Origin: Sinorhizobium meliloti
Lineage (GTDB): Bacteria > Pseudomonadota > Alphaproteobacteria > Rhizobiales > Rhizobiaceae
Direction: 5' to 3'
Assembly (NCBI RefSeq): GCF_017876815.1
Contig: NZ_JAGIOS010000002.1
Coordinates: 150,001-182,000 of the forward strand
DNA: 32,000 bases
Shown here: piece after piece, positions 16,353 through 25,568 of the stretch
How the letters are laid out: the number at the start of each line of letters is the position of its first letter
How positions within the stretch are numbered: position 1 is the stretch's first letter
The notes under the pieces: model-generated
Told to the model about the DNA's origin: nothing
The model's input: the letters and a program-made list of their open reading frames with translations, nothing else
Databases searched by the model: none
Program-made: the position numbers and the translations under genes

Positions 16353-17828
16353 CTAACCCCGCTCCGCGATCCGCGCCGCAGTCAGGGCCACGCCGTCGGC
16401 TATGCGGTTGCGCGCGATCGACGAGTAGCCCATGCGGAAGAAGCGGCATGGGCCGTCGTCCTTCGGGAAGAAGGGCGACCCGGATTCGATCAGCACGCCG
16501 TCCTTTCGCAAAGCGTTCATCAGCAAGTCCGCATCGAGACCTTCCGGCCCCTCGATCCAGAAGGACGTGCCGCCGAAAGCCGCAGATCCGGCGATCTCCA
16601 ATCCGGCATCCCGGAGGGCAGCGTCCATGATGATGTGGCGGCGATGATACTCCTCGCGCATGCGGTGCAGCACGGCATCATAGTGTCCGAGCGCCAGGAA
16701 ATAGGCGGCCGTTCTCTGGAGGTGCCCCGGCGGATGCCGCAACATCAAGGCCCGTAGTGCCCGCGCCTCCCGGATCACGGCAGCCGGCGCCACCAGATAG
16801 CCGAGACGCAGGCCGGGAAACAACGACTTGGAGAAACTGCCGATGTAGAAGACCCGGCCGCAGCGGTCGAAGGCCTTGAGGGCCGGGGAGGGGGGCGCCA
16901 GAAAGCTCATCTCGAACTCGTAATCGTCCTCGACGATTATGAAGTCCTTGGAGGCGGCCGCCTCGAGCAAGGCCGCCCGCCGTTCGATCGGCATCGTCGC
17001 GCCGGTCGGCGAATGATGGCTGGGCGTGACGAACACGGCATCGACCTCTTCTGGAAGCGCGGCGGGCGGCAGGCCGTCCTTGTCCACGTCGACGAAGGTG
17101 ATCCCGGCGCCGCTCAAGCGAAGCGATGCACTCATGTCGGGATGGCAGGGGTTCTCGCAGACCGCATGGGCGCCCTGACGCAACAGGAGCTGGATGACGA
17201 TCCAGAGGGCGTTCTGCGCGCCCACCGTCACCAGGATCTCGTCGGGGTTCGCGCGGATGCCGCGGCCCGGCAATGTGCGCGAGCAGATATAGTTGACAAG
17301 CTGGATGTCGTCCGCCGCCGCGAAGTCGCCCGCCATCAGCTCGAAATCCTCGCGCGCCAGCGCCCGTCGCGCGCAGTCGCGCCAGGCCGTGAGGTCGAAC
17401 AGCGACGGGTCCATCTGACCGTATAGGAACGGATAAGGGTAGGTTCGCCAGTCGAGGGGCTTACGCATCTGCTTGGCCACGATGAAGGTCGAGCGCAACT
17501 TGGCCGACCAGTCGATGGCATCGGCCGCAGCATGGGCGGCCTGCATCGCGATGGCTGTCGTTGGGGGCTTGCCGGCCACACGGTAGCCGCTCCGGTTCGC
17601 CGCCTCCACATAGCCCTGGGAAGCGAGTTCCTGATAGGCGAGCGTTACGGTGATCCGCGAAATATTCAGATAGGCCGCAAGCTTGCGGCTGGAGGGCAAT
17701 TGGGCGCCCGGCGCCAGGCGGCCCGACAATACGGCCGAAACGATCGTTTCGCGGATCTGCGCCTGCAGGCCCGTTTGGCTGGCCCGGTCAAGGAAAAAGA
17801 TCGTTTCGGAGACGGTCGAGCCCGCCAT
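16353..17828 (-). CDS. tauR: MocR-subfamily GntR regulator (wHTH fused to a PLP aminotransferase-like domain); taurine regulator TauR by context
   Basis: N-terminal 'LPSSRKLAAYLNISRITVTLAYQELASQGYV' is a GntR wHTH. It is followed by about 370 aa of fold-type I aminotransferase-like sequence, including the 'SFSKSL' Lys region. Divergent from tauA. Confidence 0.85.
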   Translation of the reverse strand: MAGSTVSETIFFLDRASQTGLQAQIRETIVSAVLSGRLAPGAQLPSSRKLAAYLNISRITVTLAYQELASQGYVEAANRSGYRVAGKPPTTAIAMQAAHAAADAIDWSAKLRSTFIVAKQMRKPLDWRTYPYPFLYGQMDPSLFDLTAWRDCARRALAREDFELMAGDFAAADDIQLVNYICSRTLPGRGIRANPDEILVTVGAQNALWIVIQLLLRQGAHAVCENPCHPDMSASLRLSGAGITFVDVDKDGLPPAALPEEVDAVFVTPSHHSPTGATMPIERRAALLEAAASKDFIIVEDDYEFEMSFLAPPSPALKAFDRCGRVFYIGSFSKSLFPGLRLGYLVAPAAVIREARALRALMLRHPPGHLQRTAAYFLALGHYDAVLHRMREEYHRRHIIMDAALRDAGLEIAGSAAFGGTSFWIEGPEGLDADLLMNALRKDGVLIESGSPFFPKDDGPCRFFRMGYSSIARNRIADGVALTAARIAERG

Positions 17829-17844
17829 TGTTCACCTCGCCCAA

Positions 17845-17872
17845 CTGGACTCATCTAACTTCCTATCTGGAT
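17845..17872. promoter_or_regulatory. Direct repeat CTGGAC / CTGGAT, 22 bp apart, in the tauR-tauA divergent intergenic region (candidate TauR operator)
   Basis: CTGGACTCAT at 17845-17854 and CTGGATATAA at 17867-17876, start-to-start spacing 22 bp (about two helical turns). They lie between the tauR start (17828) and the tauA start (17985). Confidence 0.4.
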
Positions 17873-17984
17873 ATAAGGCAATCCGAAGCGTGGGCCTATT
17901 TCTATTCAGCAAGCAAAGACCGTCATTCAATGTACGGCGCGACCCCGCAAAAAGCGGGGCGACATAACCAAAGAGGGTAACGAC

Positions 17985-19004
17985 ATGATCCACCTTAGAA
18001 GTTTCAAGCACTTGTCCGGAGCCGTGGCTATCGCCGCCGGCGTCCTCACTTCCTTCGCCGCCCAAGCGGAAACCAGCGTCGTCGTGGGCTATCAGCAGAT
18101 CGTCGGTCCGTTCATCTCGGCGATTGCCGACGGTCGTTTCGATGCCGCAGCGAAGGAAGCCGGCTATACGATCGATTGGCGCCAGTTCAGCTCCGGCGGT
18201 GACATTTCGACGGCGCTCGCCTCCGGAAACGTGCCGATAGGTGTCATCGGCTCGACCGGAACGACAGCCGCAGCGTCCCGCGGCGTCGAGCTCGAACTCT
18301 TCTGGATCCTCGACAATATCGGCAAGTCGGAAGCACTCGTCGCACGAGAAGGATCCGGCATCGAAAAGCCGGAAGACCTGAAGGGAAAGAATGTGGGTGT
18401 CCCCTTCGTCTCGACGTCGCACTTCCATCTGCTGGTCGGCCTCGAACAGGTATGGAAAACCGATCCGAGGGAAGTGAACATCCTCAACATGAAGCCGCCG
18501 CAGATCGTCGCTGCCTGGCAGCGCGGCGATATCGATGCCGCCTATGTCTGGCCGCCGGCTCTGTCGGAACTCCTGAAGAGCGGCAAGGTCATCTCCGATT
18601 CCGAGGCGATCGGCGCCGCGAGCGTGCCGACCTTCGACGGGCTTGTGGCCGACAAGGAATGGGCGGAGGAAAACCCCAAATTCATGGCCGCCTTCACCAA
18701 GGTGCTCGCGGACGCCTATGCCGATTACAAGGCGAATGGCAGCGGCTGGAAGGCCGACTCGCCGCAGGTCCAGGGCATGGTCAAGCTGATCGGCGGCGAC
18801 GCCGAGGGTATCGTCCAGGCACTGAACCTCCTGTCCTTCCCGACCGCCGACGAACAGGTCTCCGATAAGTGGCTTGGCGGCGGCGCTGTCCGGGCGCTGG
18901 AGGCGAGCGCCAAGTTCCTGGTCGCTCAGAAACAGATCGACACTGCGCTCGACGACTACGCACCCTTCGTCAACAGCGCCTATGCGAAAGAAGCCGCCAA
19001 GTAG
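17985..19004 (+). CDS. tauA: Taurine ABC transporter periplasmic binding protein
   Basis: Signal peptide '[28 protein letters not shown]' followed by NMT1/SsuA/TauA-like sequence ('[11 protein letters not shown]...[11 protein letters not shown]'). Sits in a tau cluster context. Confidence 0.85.
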   Translation: MIHLRSFKHLSGAVAIAAGVLTSFAAQAETSVVVGYQQIVGPFISAIADGRFDAAAKEAGYTIDWRQFSSGGDISTALASGNVPIGVIGSTGTTAAASRGVELELFWILDNIGKSEALVAREGSGIEKPEDLKGKNVGVPFVSTSHFHLLVGLEQVWKTDPREVNILNMKPPQIVAAWQRGDIDAAYVWPPALSELLKSGKVISDSEAIGAASVPTFDGLVADKEWAEENPKFMAAFTKVLADAYADYKANGSGWKADSPQVQGMVKLIGGDAEGIVQALNLLSFPTADEQVSDKWLGGGAVRALEASAKFLVAQKQIDTALDDYAPFVNSAYAKEAAK

Positions 19005-19092
19005 CAGACGACGCGCTCCCGCCCGAGCGTCGTGCGCGGTTAGGAGCGCCGCTGATACCCTCGACACAGCACTTTCCAGGAAGGCCTGCGAT

Positions 19093-19905
19093 ATGGAAAC
19101 GCTCAACGTCAGCAATGTCAGTCTGACCTATCCCGGTCTCTATTCGGACCAGGCGGTTATCGCGCTCAAGGGCGTGAATCTCGAAATCAAAAGCGGCGAT
19201 TTCGTCGTCGCGCTCGGTGCATCGGGCTGCGGCAAGACCACGCTCCTCAACCTGATGGCGGGCTTCATGGCGCCGAGCGACGGGGAAATCATGCTGGGAG
19301 ACCGCCGCATCACCGGCCCGGGCGCCGACCGCGGCGTCGTCTTCCAGAAGCACGCGCTTCTCCCGTGGCTCAACGTCATCGACAATACCGAGTTCGGATT
19401 GAAGCTCAGGGGTGTCGACAAGGCGACCCGGCGAGACCTGGCGACGAGAAATCTCGCGCTTGTCGGGCTGCAGGATTTCCACCGGCACATGATTTATCAC
19501 CTCTCCGGCGGCATGCAGCAACGTGTCGGCATCGCCCGCGCGCTCACCTGCGATCCGGCGATGCTGCTCATGGACGAGCCTATGGCTGCCCTCGACGCAC
19601 TGACGCGCGAGACCATCCAGGAATTGCTGCTGGAAGTGTGGCAACTCACCAACAAGATGTTCTTCTTCATCACCCACAGCGTCGAGGAGGCGCTGTTCCT
19701 CGGCTCCAGGCTGATCGTGATGTCGCCCCGTCCGGGCCGCATCACCCATACCTACGAGCTCGATTTCAACAAACGCTTCCTGGAGAACGGCAATGCACGC
19801 GCAATCAAATCCAGCCGCGACTTCATCGACATGCGTGAAGAAATCCTCGGCATCATCTATGGCGACGAGCTCCAATCCGGCAACCCGGAGCTCCTCCATG
19901 CTTGA
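19093..19905 (+). CDS. tauB: Taurine ABC transporter ATP-binding protein
   Basis: Start at '[15 protein letters not shown]'. Walker A 'GASGCGKTT', signature 'LSGGMQQR', Walker B '[11 protein letters not shown]'. Confidence 0.9.
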   Translation: METLNVSNVSLTYPGLYSDQAVIALKGVNLEIKSGDFVVALGASGCGKTTLLNLMAGFMAPSDGEIMLGDRRITGPGADRGVVFQKHALLPWLNVIDNTEFGLKLRGVDKATRRDLATRNLALVGLQDFHRHMIYHLSGGMQQRVGIARALTCDPAMLLMDEPMAALDALTRETIQELLLEVWQLTNKMFFFITHSVEEALFLGSRLIVMSPRPGRITHTYELDFNKRFLENGNARAIKSSRDFIDMREEILGIIYGDELQSGNPELLHA

Positions 19906-20725
19906 GGGTGTCGCAAAGAGCAAACCGGTTCGTCCGGGCAGGATCTACGGTGCGCCGGGCGACGGCATGAGCGGCCACATCAGCCTGCTCACGGCCCTTG
20001 CGTTCATCGCGCTCTGGCTGCTCGTGACCGAAATGGGCTGGATCAAGCCGCTGTTCCTGCCGTCGCCGCTCGCCGTCTGGGACAAGTTCGTGATCGCTCT
20101 TACCGAAGGCGTCTCGAACTCCACTTTGGCACAGCATACGCTGGCAAGTCTCGGCCGCGTGCTCGGAGCTTTCCTGCTGGCACTCGTCACGGCCGTTCCC
20201 GTCGGCATCCTGATGGGCGTCAACCGGGTCGTGCGCGGGCTCTTCGACCCGATCATCGAATTCTACCGGCCGCTGCCGCCGCTCGCCTATCTGCCGTTGA
20301 TCATCATCTGGCTCGGCATCGGTGAATTCCCGAAAGTGTTCCTGATCTATCTGGCGATCTTCGCGCCGATGGCGATCGCCGCCAGAGCCGGTGTCCGCTC
20401 GGTCTCGACGGAACAGATCCATGCGGCTTACGCGATGGGCGCGACGCGAGCCCAGGTGATCGGACATGTGATCCTGAAGGCTGCTCTGCCGGAGATATTC
20501 ACCGGCATGCGTATCGGGATCGGGGTCGGCTGGACCACGCTCGTCGCCGCCGAAATGGTGGCCGCCCATCGTGGCCTCGGCTTCATGGTGCTGAATGCCG
20601 CCGAATACCTCGCCAGCGATACGGTCATCATGGGCATCGTCGTCATCGGCGTCTTCGCCTTCGCCTTCGATCTCATGATCCGCTACCTCGAAAAGGCGCT
20701 CATTCCCTGGAAGGGCAAAGTGTGA
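19898..20725 (+). CDS. tauC: Taurine ABC transporter permease
   Basis: ATG overlaps the tauB stop (ATGCTTGA). Six-TM BPD-type permease of the nitrate/sulfonate/taurine class. Confidence 0.85.
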   Translation: MLEGVAKSKPVRPGRIYGAPGDGMSGHISLLTALAFIALWLLVTEMGWIKPLFLPSPLAVWDKFVIALTEGVSNSTLAQHTLASLGRVLGAFLLALVTAVPVGILMGVNRVVRGLFDPIIEFYRPLPPLAYLPLIIIWLGIGEFPKVFLIYLAIFAPMAIAARAGVRSVSTEQIHAAYAMGATRAQVIGHVILKAALPEIFTGMRIGIGVGWTTLVAAEMVAAHRGLGFMVLNAAEYLASDTVIMGIVVIGVFAFAFDLMIRYLEKALIPWKGKV

Positions 20726-20841
20726 CGGCAGCCGCTCGGACCTAGTCGGCCGCCCCGGACAACCTCTTCTCAAGCATTTGAACGGGCCCACGGCCGCCCG
20801 CCCGGCGAAGCCATGCCCAGGCATGAACAAGGAATTTCGAC

Positions 20842-21228
20842 ATGACCGCCGAAGATCTTGCAAAGCTTTTCGACGCCTTCAACAGGCACGACATCGACAA
20901 CGTCATGGCCTTTTTCGCCGCCGATTGCGTCTTCAACGCCGTTGCCGGCCCGGAGGCCTGCGGCAAGCGCATCGCCGGCGCCGAAGCGATCGCCGATGCC
21001 TTCTCAGGCGTATGGACGGCAATGCGGGATGCCCATTGGGATCATCACAGCCACTTCGTCCACGGTGATCGCGCCGTCTCCGAGTGGACGTTCTCGGGGA
21101 CCAATGAGGACGGTACGCGCATCGTCGCAGAAGGCTGCGATCTCTTCACGCTTCGCGACGGAAAGATCGTCCGCAAGCAGGCATTCCGAAAGAACCGACC
21201 GCTCATCGAACCGCAGCCGAGATACTGA
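20842..21228 (+). CDS. tauX: SnoaL/NTF2-like small protein in the position of the taurine dehydrogenase small subunit
   Basis: 128 aa (about 14 kDa). 'LFDAFNRHDIDNVMAFFAADCVF...GDRAVSEWTFSGTNEDG...GCDLFTLRDGKIVRKQAF' is a SnoaL-like pattern. AAGGAA precedes the ATG. It lies immediately upstream of the FAD oxidoreductase. The tauX assignment is by position only. Confidence 0.6.
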   Translation: MTAEDLAKLFDAFNRHDIDNVMAFFAADCVFNAVAGPEACGKRIAGAEAIADAFSGVWTAMRDAHWDHHSHFVHGDRAVSEWTFSGTNEDGTRIVAEGCDLFTLRDGKIVRKQAFRKNRPLIEPQPRY

Positions 21229-21252
21229 GAGCCTCCAGGGCAGGATCACGAC

Positions 21253-22653
21253 ATGGAACACCAACTGGCCAGACCGATCGCATCGCGGAAGCCCTTCGAT
21301 CCGACCTATGATCCGATCCGCGCGCCCAATCCGGGCGACGGCAAGGACTATGCGCCGACCTACTGGATCGGCACGGCCGGCACTCCGCCTGCCGACGATG
21401 GGCCCGTTAGCGGCGATATGGACGTCGACGTCGCTATCGTCGGCTCCGGATATACGGGGCTCTCCTGCGCGATCCATCTGGCCCAGGAGCATGGCATCAA
21501 GGCGACGGTGCTCGAAGCCAATGGCGTCGCCTGGGGCTGCAGCACCCGCAATGGCGGTCAGGCGCAGATTTCCGCCGGCCGGCTCAAGCGTTCGCAATGG
21601 ATCGAGCGCTGGGGCGTCGATGTGGCCAAAAGGCTGCATGGCGAAATCAGCGAAGCCTTCGATCTGTTCCGGGACCTGATCCGCTCGCCCGAGATCGACT
21701 GCGACCCTCAGGACGGCGGCCATCTTTATATCGCCCATCGGGACAAGGTGATGCCGGCGCTCGAAGCCGAGTCTCGGCTTCTCAACGAGGTTTTCGGCTA
21801 CCGGTCGCGTATCGTCGGCCGCGATGAGGTCCACCGCGACTTCGTACGCGACGAGGAGGCGAGGGGGGCGATGTACGAACCGGACGGCATGGGCATCCAC
21901 GCGGCCAAGCTCGCCTTCGGCTACCTCAATCTGGCACGCAAGCTCGGTGCGCGGGTCCACACGGCCAGCCCCGTTCTCGGCTGCGACTGGAAGAACGGCG
22001 CCTATCATCTGACTACGCCGGGCGGCACCGTTCGTGCGCGCGCCGTCTGCATTGCGACGGCGGGCTATACCTCGCCGGACCTGCATACGCTGACGCGGCA
22101 CCGGCTGATGCCGATCCTCTCGAACTCGATCGTCACGCGCCCGCTGACCGAGGAAGAACGCGCCGAACTGAACTTCAAGACGCGGATCCCGCTCACCGAT
22201 ACGCGCACGCTGCGCCACTACTACCGGATGATGCCGGACGGCCGCGTGCAGATCGGCAGCCGCAGCGCCATCACCGGCCGCGATGCGGTCAACCCCAAAC
22301 ATCTCGATCGGCTGCTCGAAGGGCTCTACCGAAAGTATCCGATCCTGAAGGGGATCACGATCGACTATTCCTGGTGGGGCTGGGTCGATGTCAGCCACGA
22401 CATGATGCCGCGGATCTTCCGGCCCGATCCAAAACAGCCGCTGTTCTATGCGATGGGCTATGGCGGCAACGGCGTCATGTATTCCGCCCAGGCCGGCCGC
22501 CGCATGGCCCAGATGGTGGCGGGCAAGGGCGGCGCACTCGACCTGCCGATCTTCACGTCGCCGCTCCCGAGCCACGGCCTGCTCACGCCTTTCAGACGCC
22601 TCGGCCAGTGGGGCATGTATCGCTGGTACTACCTCAAGGACGAAATTCTTTAG
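21253..22653 (+). CDS. tauY: FAD-dependent (DAO-family) amine oxidoreductase; taurine dehydrogenase large subunit by context
   Basis: Rossmann motif 'DVAIVGSGYTGLSCAIHLAQEHG' plus DAO-family body; 466 aa. Located between tauC/tauX and xsc. Confidence 0.8.
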   Translation: MEHQLARPIASRKPFDPTYDPIRAPNPGDGKDYAPTYWIGTAGTPPADDGPVSGDMDVDVAIVGSGYTGLSCAIHLAQEHGIKATVLEANGVAWGCSTRNGGQAQISAGRLKRSQWIERWGVDVAKRLHGEISEAFDLFRDLIRSPEIDCDPQDGGHLYIAHRDKVMPALEAESRLLNEVFGYRSRIVGRDEVHRDFVRDEEARGAMYEPDGMGIHAAKLAFGYLNLARKLGARVHTASPVLGCDWKNGAYHLTTPGGTVRARAVCIATAGYTSPDLHTLTRHRLMPILSNSIVTRPLTEEERAELNFKTRIPLTDTRTLRHYYRMMPDGRVQIGSRSAITGRDAVNPKHLDRLLEGLYRKYPILKGITIDYSWWGWVDVSHDMMPRIFRPDPKQPLFYAMGYGGNGVMYSAQAGRRMAQMVAGKGGALDLPIFTSPLPSHGLLTPFRRLGQWGMYRWYYLKDEIL

Positions 22654-22694
22654 CCGCCCGGTCGGCCTTACCCTCAACGCGAAAGGAACATGAC

Positions 22695-24470
22695 ATGAAA
22701 ATGACGACCGAAGAGGCGTTTGTAAAAGTCCTGCAGATGCACGGCATCGAGCATGCGTTCGGGATCATCGGCTCGGCGATGATGCCCGTATCGGACTTGT
22801 TTCCGAAGGCGGGCATCCGGTTCTGGGACTGTGCCCACGAGACCAATGCCGGCATGATGGCCGACGGCTTCAGCCGGGCGACCGGCACAATGTCGATGGC
22901 GATCGGCCAGAACGGCCCCGGTGTGACCGGTTTCATCACGGCGATGAAGACGGCCTACTGGAACCATACGCCGCTGCTCATGGTCACGCCGCAGGCGGCC
23001 AACAAGACCATCGGCCAGGGCGGCTTCCAGGAAGTCGACCAGATGGCGATGTTCGAGGAGATGGTCTGCTACCAGGAGGAAGTGCGCGATCCGAGCCGCA
23101 TTCCCGAAGTCCTCAACCGGGTCATCGAGAAGGCATGGCGCGGTTGCGCACCGGCGCAGATCAACATCCCGCGGGACTTCTGGACTCAGGTGATCGACGT
23201 GGACCTGCCGCGCATCGTCCGCTTCGAGCGGCCGGCCGGCGGACCTGCGGCCATCGCCCAAGCCGCGCGGCTACTTTCGGAAGCGAAGTTCCCGGTCATT
23301 CTCAACGGCGCCGGTGTCGTCATCGGCAACGCCATCCAGGAATCCATGGCACTGGCGGAGAAGCTGGATGCGCCGGTGTGCTGCGGCTATCAGCACAACG
23401 ACGCCTTTCCCGGAAGCCATAGGCTGTCGGTCGGGCCCTTGGGCTACAACGGCTCGAAGGCGGCGATGGAATTGATCAGCAAGGCAGATGTCGTGCTGGC
23501 ATTGGGTACGCGGCTCAATCCGTTCTCGACACTGCCCGGCTATGGCATAGACTATTGGCCGAAGGATGCGGCGATCATCCAGGTCGACATCAATGCCGAC
23601 CGGATCGGCCTGACCAAGAAGGTGACGGTCGGCATTTGCGGTGATGCGAAACAGGTGGCGCAGCAGATTCTTCAGCAGCTTGCGCCCGCCGCCGGCGACG
23701 CAAGCCGCGAGGAGCGCAAGGCGCTGGTCCATCAGACGCGCTCGGCCTGGCTGCAGCAGCTCTCGTCGATGGACCATGAGGATGACGATCCGGGCACGGA
23801 GTGGAACGTCGGCGCACGCCAGCGCGAGCCCGATCGCATGTCGCCTCGCCAGGTCTGGCGGGCGATCCAGGCCGTGCTTCCGAAAGAGGCGATCATCTCC
23901 ACCGACATCGGCAACAACTGCGCGATCGGCAACGCCTATCCGAGCTTCGAACAGGGCAGGAAATATCTGGCGCCGGGCATGTTCGGCCCCTGCGGCTACG
24001 GTTTCCCGTCGATCGTCGGTGCCAAGATCGGCTGCCCGGACGTGCCGGTGGTCGGCTTTGCCGGCGACGGCGCCTTCGGCATCTCGATGAACGAGATGAC
24101 GTCGATCGGCCGCGAGGGCTGGCCGGCGATCACCATGGTGATCTTCCGCAACTACCAGTGGGGGGCGGAGAAGCGGAATACGACGCTCTGGTACGACAAC
24201 AACTTCGTCGGCACCGAGCTCAATCCGAACCTGAGCTACGCCAAGGTTGCAGATGGCTGCGGCCTCAAGGGCGTGACGGTCGACACGCCGGCCGCACTCA
24301 CCGAGGCGCTTGCAAAGGCGATCGAGGACCAGGCCAAGGGGATCACCACCTTTGTCGAGGTCGTCCTCAACCAGGAACTCGGCGAGCCCTTCCGCCGCGA
24401 TGCGATGAAGAAGCCGGTAGCGGTGGCCGGCATCGATCGCGCCGACATGCGCACCCAGCGACGTATGTAA
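22695..24470 (+). CDS. xsc: Sulfoacetaldehyde acetyltransferase (ThDP-dependent)
   Basis: Start 'MKMTTEEAFVKVLQMHGIEHAFGIIGSAMMP...', preceded by AAAGGAA. ThDP-binding motif 'GFAGDGAFGISMNEM...FRNYQWG'. 591 aa. Followed by tauZ and pta, the expected partners. Confidence 0.9.
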   Translation: MKMTTEEAFVKVLQMHGIEHAFGIIGSAMMPVSDLFPKAGIRFWDCAHETNAGMMADGFSRATGTMSMAIGQNGPGVTGFITAMKTAYWNHTPLLMVTPQAANKTIGQGGFQEVDQMAMFEEMVCYQEEVRDPSRIPEVLNRVIEKAWRGCAPAQINIPRDFWTQVIDVDLPRIVRFERPAGGPAAIAQAARLLSEAKFPVILNGAGVVIGNAIQESMALAEKLDAPVCCGYQHNDAFPGSHRLSVGPLGYNGSKAAMELISKADVVLALGTRLNPFSTLPGYGIDYWPKDAAIIQVDINADRIGLTKKVTVGICGDAKQVAQQILQQLAPAAGDASREERKALVHQTRSAWLQQLSSMDHEDDDPGTEWNVGARQREPDRMSPRQVWRAIQAVLPKEAIISTDIGNNCAIGNAYPSFEQGRKYLAPGMFGPCGYGFPSIVGAKIGCPDVPVVGFAGDGAFGISMNEMTSIGREGWPAITMVIFRNYQWGAEKRNTTLWYDNNFVGTELNPNLSYAKVADGCGLKGVTVDTPAALTEALAKAIEDQAKGITTFVEVVLNQELGEPFRRDAMKKPVAVAGIDRADMRTQRRM

Positions 24471-24487
24471 GAAACTCTCGCGACTCG

Positions 24488-24509
24488 CTCGGCGGTGATC
24501 ACCGCCGAG
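24488..24509 (+). other. 22-bp perfect palindrome / stem-loop between xsc and tauZ
   Basis: CTCGGCGGTGATCACCGCCGAG is exactly self-complementary. It starts 18 nt after the xsc stop and ends 21 nt before the tauZ ATG. Confidence 0.6.
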
Positions 24510-24530
24510 CTCATTCAACGGGAAGAAAAG

Positions 24531-25568
24531 ATGGACGCGATCTCCAAAACCGAGCGACGGAAGCAATCCCTGTCGGTCGTCCTGTCGACCTATGGACCGG
24601 GTCTGCTGGTGACGGCCGCCGTCGCCATGGCTGCCCAGTTCCTGTCGGAGCATTACGGGGCGCCGGCGATGCTGATGGCGCTGCTGCTGGGGATCGCCTT
24701 CCACTTCCTGGCGGAAGAAGGCCGTTGCGTCGCGGGCATCGAGCTATCGGCAAAGCTGGTCTTGAGGATCGGTGTGGCGCTGCTCGGCATGCGCATCAGC
24801 GTAGACCTTCTGATCGGCCTCGGCGGCGGCACCATTCTGCTGCTCGTCTCGGCGATCGTGGCAACCATCCTGTTCGGCCTCGTGGCTGCCCGCCTGCTTG
24901 GCCGGGGGTGGCGTCTCGCGCTTCTCACCAGCGGCGCGGTCGCCATTTGCGGCGCCTCGGCCGCCATGGCCATCGCCGCCGTGCTGCCCCGCAACGAGTT
25001 TTCCGAGCGCAATCTGATCTTCACCGTGCTGTCGGTGACCGTGCTCAGCACGCTTGCGATGATCGGTTATCCGATCGTCGCCGAGTATCTCGGGCTCGAC
25101 GGTCAGGCCACCGGCATCTTTTTCGGCGGCACCATCCATGATGTCGCCCAGGTGGTGGGAGCCGGCTTTTCGGTCTCGCCGGAGGCGGGCGAGACCGCGA
25201 CGCTCGTCAAGCTCATCCGGGTGACGATGCTGGCGCCGGTCGTCCTGATCTTTTCCCTCGTCCTGCGCAGCGTTCCGCAGGAGGGCGCGTCGATCGGAAA
25301 GCGCGCGCCGCTCGTGCCGGGCTTCGTCCTGGCGTTCCTCGTTCTCGCGGGCTTCAATTCCGCCGGGCTGGTGCCGGTGCTCGCAAGCGAGGTCGGAATG
25401 GCGATATCGAGATGGGCGCTGCTGGCGGGCATCGTCGCCGTCGGCATGAAGACGTCGCTGCGCCGCGTCCTCGAAGTTGGCGGAGATGCCGTTGCGCTCG
25501 TCGTGGCCGAAACGCTGTTCATCGCCGTCTTCATCCTCGCCGGCATGTACTATCTGGGACACAGCTGA
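24531..25568 (+). CDS. tauZ: YeiH-family (PF03601-type) membrane protein; putative sulfate/sulfite exporter
   Basis: About 10-TM protein, start 'MDAISKTERRKQSL'. YeiH-like sequence ('QFLSEHYGAPAMLMALLLGIAF', 'IHDVAQVVGAG'). Lies between xsc and pta. Confidence 0.8.
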   Translation: MDAISKTERRKQSLSVVLSTYGPGLLVTAAVAMAAQFLSEHYGAPAMLMALLLGIAFHFLAEEGRCVAGIELSAKLVLRIGVALLGMRISVDLLIGLGGGTILLLVSAIVATILFGLVAARLLGRGWRLALLTSGAVAICGASAAMAIAAVLPRNEFSERNLIFTVLSVTVLSTLAMIGYPIVAEYLGLDGQATGIFFGGTIHDVAQVVGAGFSVSPEAGETATLVKLIRVTMLAPVVLIFSLVLRSVPQEGASIGKRAPLVPGFVLAFLVLAGFNSAGLVPVLASEVGMAISRWALLAGIVAVGMKTSLRRVLEVGGDAVALVVAETLFIAVFILAGMYYLGHS

